Assembly: GCA_050117845.1 (NCBI GenBank)
Contig: JASFLY010000002.1
Location: 32,001 to 96,000 of the forward strand
Direction of reading: 5' to 3'
Length of the DNA: 64,000 nucleotides
DNA from: Candidatus Zixiibacteriota bacterium
Lineage (GTDB): Bacteria; RBG-13-66-14; B26-G2; WVWN01
Shown: positions 61,726-64,000 of the stretch, in pieces
Position numbering within the stretch: the first letter of the stretch is position 1
How the letters are laid out: every line of letters starts with the position of its first letter
Notes under the pieces: generated by a model
The model's database searches: none
What the model was told of the DNA's origin: nothing
Seen by the model: only the letters and a program-made list of their open reading frames with translations
Program-made: the position numbers and the translations under genes

Positions 61726-62262
61726 CGTCGCCGCACCGGCCTTCGGCAAGCGGGCCCGCCGGGCCACGAGTTCGGGCGGCTCGATTGCGCCGTGGATTAG
61801 TTCCGCCGCCGTCCTCTCCGCCAGTCGGGCCGCCCGTTCTATGGACGCGCCGCGCACGACGGCCGCCGGCTCGAGCACGAACATCCCGCACCAATCGCCC
61901 TCCCGAATCAAGGCCGCGGCCACGGCCGCCCGGACGGCGTCCTCCCCGACTTCGTACGTCGCGAGGTAGGCCCCGAAGAGGTTCCGCTCTCGGCAGAAAT
62001 CGGCGAAGGTATCGGTGAGAGAGAGCAGGGGCCTCACCCGCCCCGGCATTTTACGCCGGTCCACCTTAAAGGTTCCAGCCTCGACGATACTCCCCGCTCG
62101 CCACAACGCGAACGCCGGCCGGTAAGGCCCTCCCACGTCCACTCCCAACACCCGCGGAACGAACCCGAACCATGGCGGTTCGAAACGTCGGGCCCGGTCG
62201 AAATCGGGGTTACCGTCGTCGTCGCCGAATAACTCCGACCACAAAATATCAACGTTTTCCAT
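61528..62262 (-). CDS. Hypothetical protein with RNase H/RuvC-like N-terminal motif
   Basis: SD AGGAGG before the ATG; RVLGVDVGG..PAFALW; 3' end overlaps dut on the opposite strand. Confidence 0.45.
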   Translation of the reverse strand: MENVDILWSELFGDDDGNPDFDRARRFEPPWFGFVPRVLGVDVGGPYRPAFALWRAGSIVEAGTFKVDRRKMPGRVRPLLSLTDTFADFCRERNLFGAYLATYEVGEDAVRAAVAAALIREGDWCGMFVLEPAAVVRGASIERAARLAERTAAELIHGAIEPPELVARRARLPKAGAATSDLALEGAVVPPAEGGREAKEYELDKAGAAPEPNARGGRDEEERAAAAAVAGVPKGGRDGGSHSE

Positions 62263-62404
62263 CCGTGCCCTCCTAATAGAATGGCCCCGTCGGGATTACT
62301 CCCGCGGGGCCTGGTTGTCCCAGCAACAAATTGGACTGAAATATACCACAACGCGGAACGCCGGTCAAGGGGTAAAAAGTCCTTTAAGCACAAGGACATT
62401 TACC

Positions 62405-62433
62405 TTGACGCTCTTGTTGTATTCTGTTAGAAT
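62405..62433 (+). promoter_or_regulatory. Extended -10 promoter directly before a TPR gene
   Basis: TTGACG-17-TAGAAT with TG. Confidence 0.6.
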
Positions 62434-62441
62434 TCGCCGTA

Positions 62442-63494
62442 GTGGTGAGGTTCTGTTCCTTAAAAGCGGCCTTATTGGCGGTAGCGCTGTTCGCGGGCGC
62501 GGCCGCCGCGAGTAATATAGGAGTACAAAGGAACCTCGCCCAGGCCGCCCTCCTCGTAGGCGACTACGAGCGGGCCATCACGATATCGAACGAGATCTTC
62601 GCCGAGTGGCCCGGCGACGCCGGAACGCACCTCATCCGGGGTTTGGCGTACGTGGGGACGGGGGAGTTCGAGAAAGCGGAAGCCGACCTGCTAATCGCCC
62701 GGGAGGAGTTTCCCGAAGATTATTCGGTGTCTTATAATCTGGCGATTATCGCCGAAAGGCGGGGGGACAACAAAGAAGCGCTCCTTTACCTCGACGAAGC
62801 GCTCGCCCACGGCCTGAGGAAGACCGACGCCCACCTCCTGAAAGCCAAGCTGCTCGACCGGCTGGGCCGGCGGGCGGAGGCGCGCGAAATCCTCGAATTC
62901 TATTTAACCCAGCGCCCGGGGACGAGGGATATTTACTTAACGCTCGCGCAATGGGCCCGGGCGGACGGGGATAACGCCAAAGCCATCGGTTATTACGAGG
63001 AGGCTTTAAAGCGGAAGCGGGACGGCCCGACCCTGGCGGAGTTGGCGACCACTTACGAGGCCGCCGGTGACCGGACGCAGGCGATTAACTACTACTTCGA
63101 GGCGATAACGTACGGCGCCGCCGACGCCGATATCCTGGCGGAATACGCGGCGGATTATTCAGCGGGCGGGGAGTTCGACAAAGCTCTCGAGATATACGAA
63201 CGGCTCGTCGAGGAGTTCCCGAGTAACGCTTACTATTTGTTCGGCCTCTCTTTCGTGAGACAACAAATCGGCGAGGTAGACGAAGCACGCGCCGGTTATT
63301 TGAAAGTCGTAAAACTTAAACCCGATTTCGCGGAACCCTATTATAACCTCGCCGCGCTCGCGGATGCCGGCGAGGAAGCCGACAAAGCGGCCTCGTATTA
63401 CAGAAAATTCCTAAGTTACTCGGCAGGCCGGGACGACCTGGCCGAAAGCAGGGCCAGGGCGCAAGAAAGGCTGGATCTCCTGGAAGGTCCGTAG
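62442..63494 (+). CDS. Exported TPR-repeat protein
   Basis: Signal peptide; multiple TPR units (HLIRGLAY, SYNLA, PDFAEPYYNLA). Confidence 0.85.
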   Translation: MVRFCSLKAALLAVALFAGAAAASNIGVQRNLAQAALLVGDYERAITISNEIFAEWPGDAGTHLIRGLAYVGTGEFEKAEADLLIAREEFPEDYSVSYNLAIIAERRGDNKEALLYLDEALAHGLRKTDAHLLKAKLLDRLGRRAEAREILEFYLTQRPGTRDIYLTLAQWARADGDNAKAIGYYEEALKRKRDGPTLAELATTYEAAGDRTQAINYYFEAITYGAADADILAEYAADYSAGGEFDKALEIYERLVEEFPSNAYYLFGLSFVRQQIGEVDEARAGYLKVVKLKPDFAEPYYNLAALADAGEEADKAASYYRKFLSYSAGRDDLAESRARAQERLDLLEGP

Positions 63495-63501
63495 ACCGTT
63501 T

Positions 63502-64000
63502 ATGGCTACACCAAACACGATATATAAAATACGCCTCGTCACACTGGCCGTGCTCGCGTTCGCGGCCGCGGCGTTCGGCGCGGCGGATGAGCTGAAAATA
63601 CAGCGCGAAGCCAACGAACTCTTTCTGGAAGGCGTCGCCGAATACGAGAAGGACGACGTCGAGGCCGCCATCGAGAAGTTCGAAAAATGCCTCGCCAAGG
63701 ATCCGACCAACGCCCACGCCCAATTCAACATAGGCGTCTGTTACAACGACCTGGGCGAGACCGACAAGGCCCTCGAGGCGTACAAGAAAACCATCGCCAT
63801 CGACCCGAACTACCCGGACGCGGATTTCAACATCGGCCGGGTTTACCATCTGCGCAAGGACTTCGTCGAGGCGACCTCCTACTACGAAAAGGCCCTCGCC
63901 GCCGACCCCTACGCCCCGGACGTGCTGTACAATCACGCCCACGCGCTGATGGAAAGCGGCCGCGTCGAAGAGGCGCGGGAGGCCTGGAACCGCTACCTAA
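63502..64000 (+). CDS. Exported TPR-repeat protein, truncated by the window end
   Basis: Read manually from ATG 63502: MATPNTIYKIRLVTLAVLAFAAAAFG...AQFNIGVCYNDLG...PDADFNIG...; no stop before 64000. Confidence 0.85.
   Translation, partial: MATPNTIYKIRLVTLAVLAFAAAAFGAADELKIQREANELFLEGVAEYEKDDVEAAIEKFEKCLAKDPTNAHAQFNIGVCYNDLGETDKALEAYKKTIAIDPNYPDADFNIGRVYHLRKDFVEATSYYEKALAADPYAPDVLYNHAHALMESGRVEEAREAWNRYL

Noticed and set aside
63316..63942. 208-aa minus-strand ORF
   Set aside because: It is the antisense shadow of the + strand TPR gene starting at 63502.

Overview
High-GC bacterial chromosomal segment. The organism looks diderm (Mla, Omp85-family protein, many lipoproteins) and probably anaerobic (Hdr-like and [FeFe]-hydrogenase-like Fe-S proteins); no taxon can be assigned from the sequence alone. 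Left to right: (1) 1-10.4 kb: partial radical SAM gene, VOC protein, Eis-like acetyltransferase, then a split, archaeal-type glutamate synthase operon headed by an HdrB-HdrC fusion, a RelE toxin-antitoxin pair and a DAACS transporter. (2) 10.4-21.3 kb: two paralogue arrays of exported proteins. One is five modular beta-propeller/SH3-like genes joined by a near-identical 63-bp junction; the other is four 139-aa Cys-rich lipoproteins on an exact 497-bp period. (3) 25.4-30 kb: a compact phage-derived module (capsid cement, tail-completion-like and tail-tube-like genes, but no capsid, terminase or integrase) with a Trm1-like methyltransferase, Dam, HicAB and an oppositely oriented spore-photoproduct-lyase-like gene. 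(4) 31-44.4 kb: hup, TPR genes and an operon XRE-STAND-TPR / glmS / yvcK(glmR) / acetyltransferase-only glmU / glmM-like / HAD, divergent from a murE with a DDPY motif. (5) 44.4-64 kb: mlaF-mlaD, pnp, M16 peptidase, Omp85, two GT4, radical SAM, a hydrogenase-accessory cluster without catalytic subunits, tRNA-Val(CAC), DUF488, tatC, folC, dUTPase and TPR genes. The best candidates for undescribed biology are the UDP-GlcNAc operon in which YvcK may replace the GlmU uridyltransferase domain, the phage-derived structural plus DNA-modification module, the two diversifying surface-protein arrays and the HdrBC-linked glutamate synthase. All family calls are from motif recognition by eye; no searches were run.
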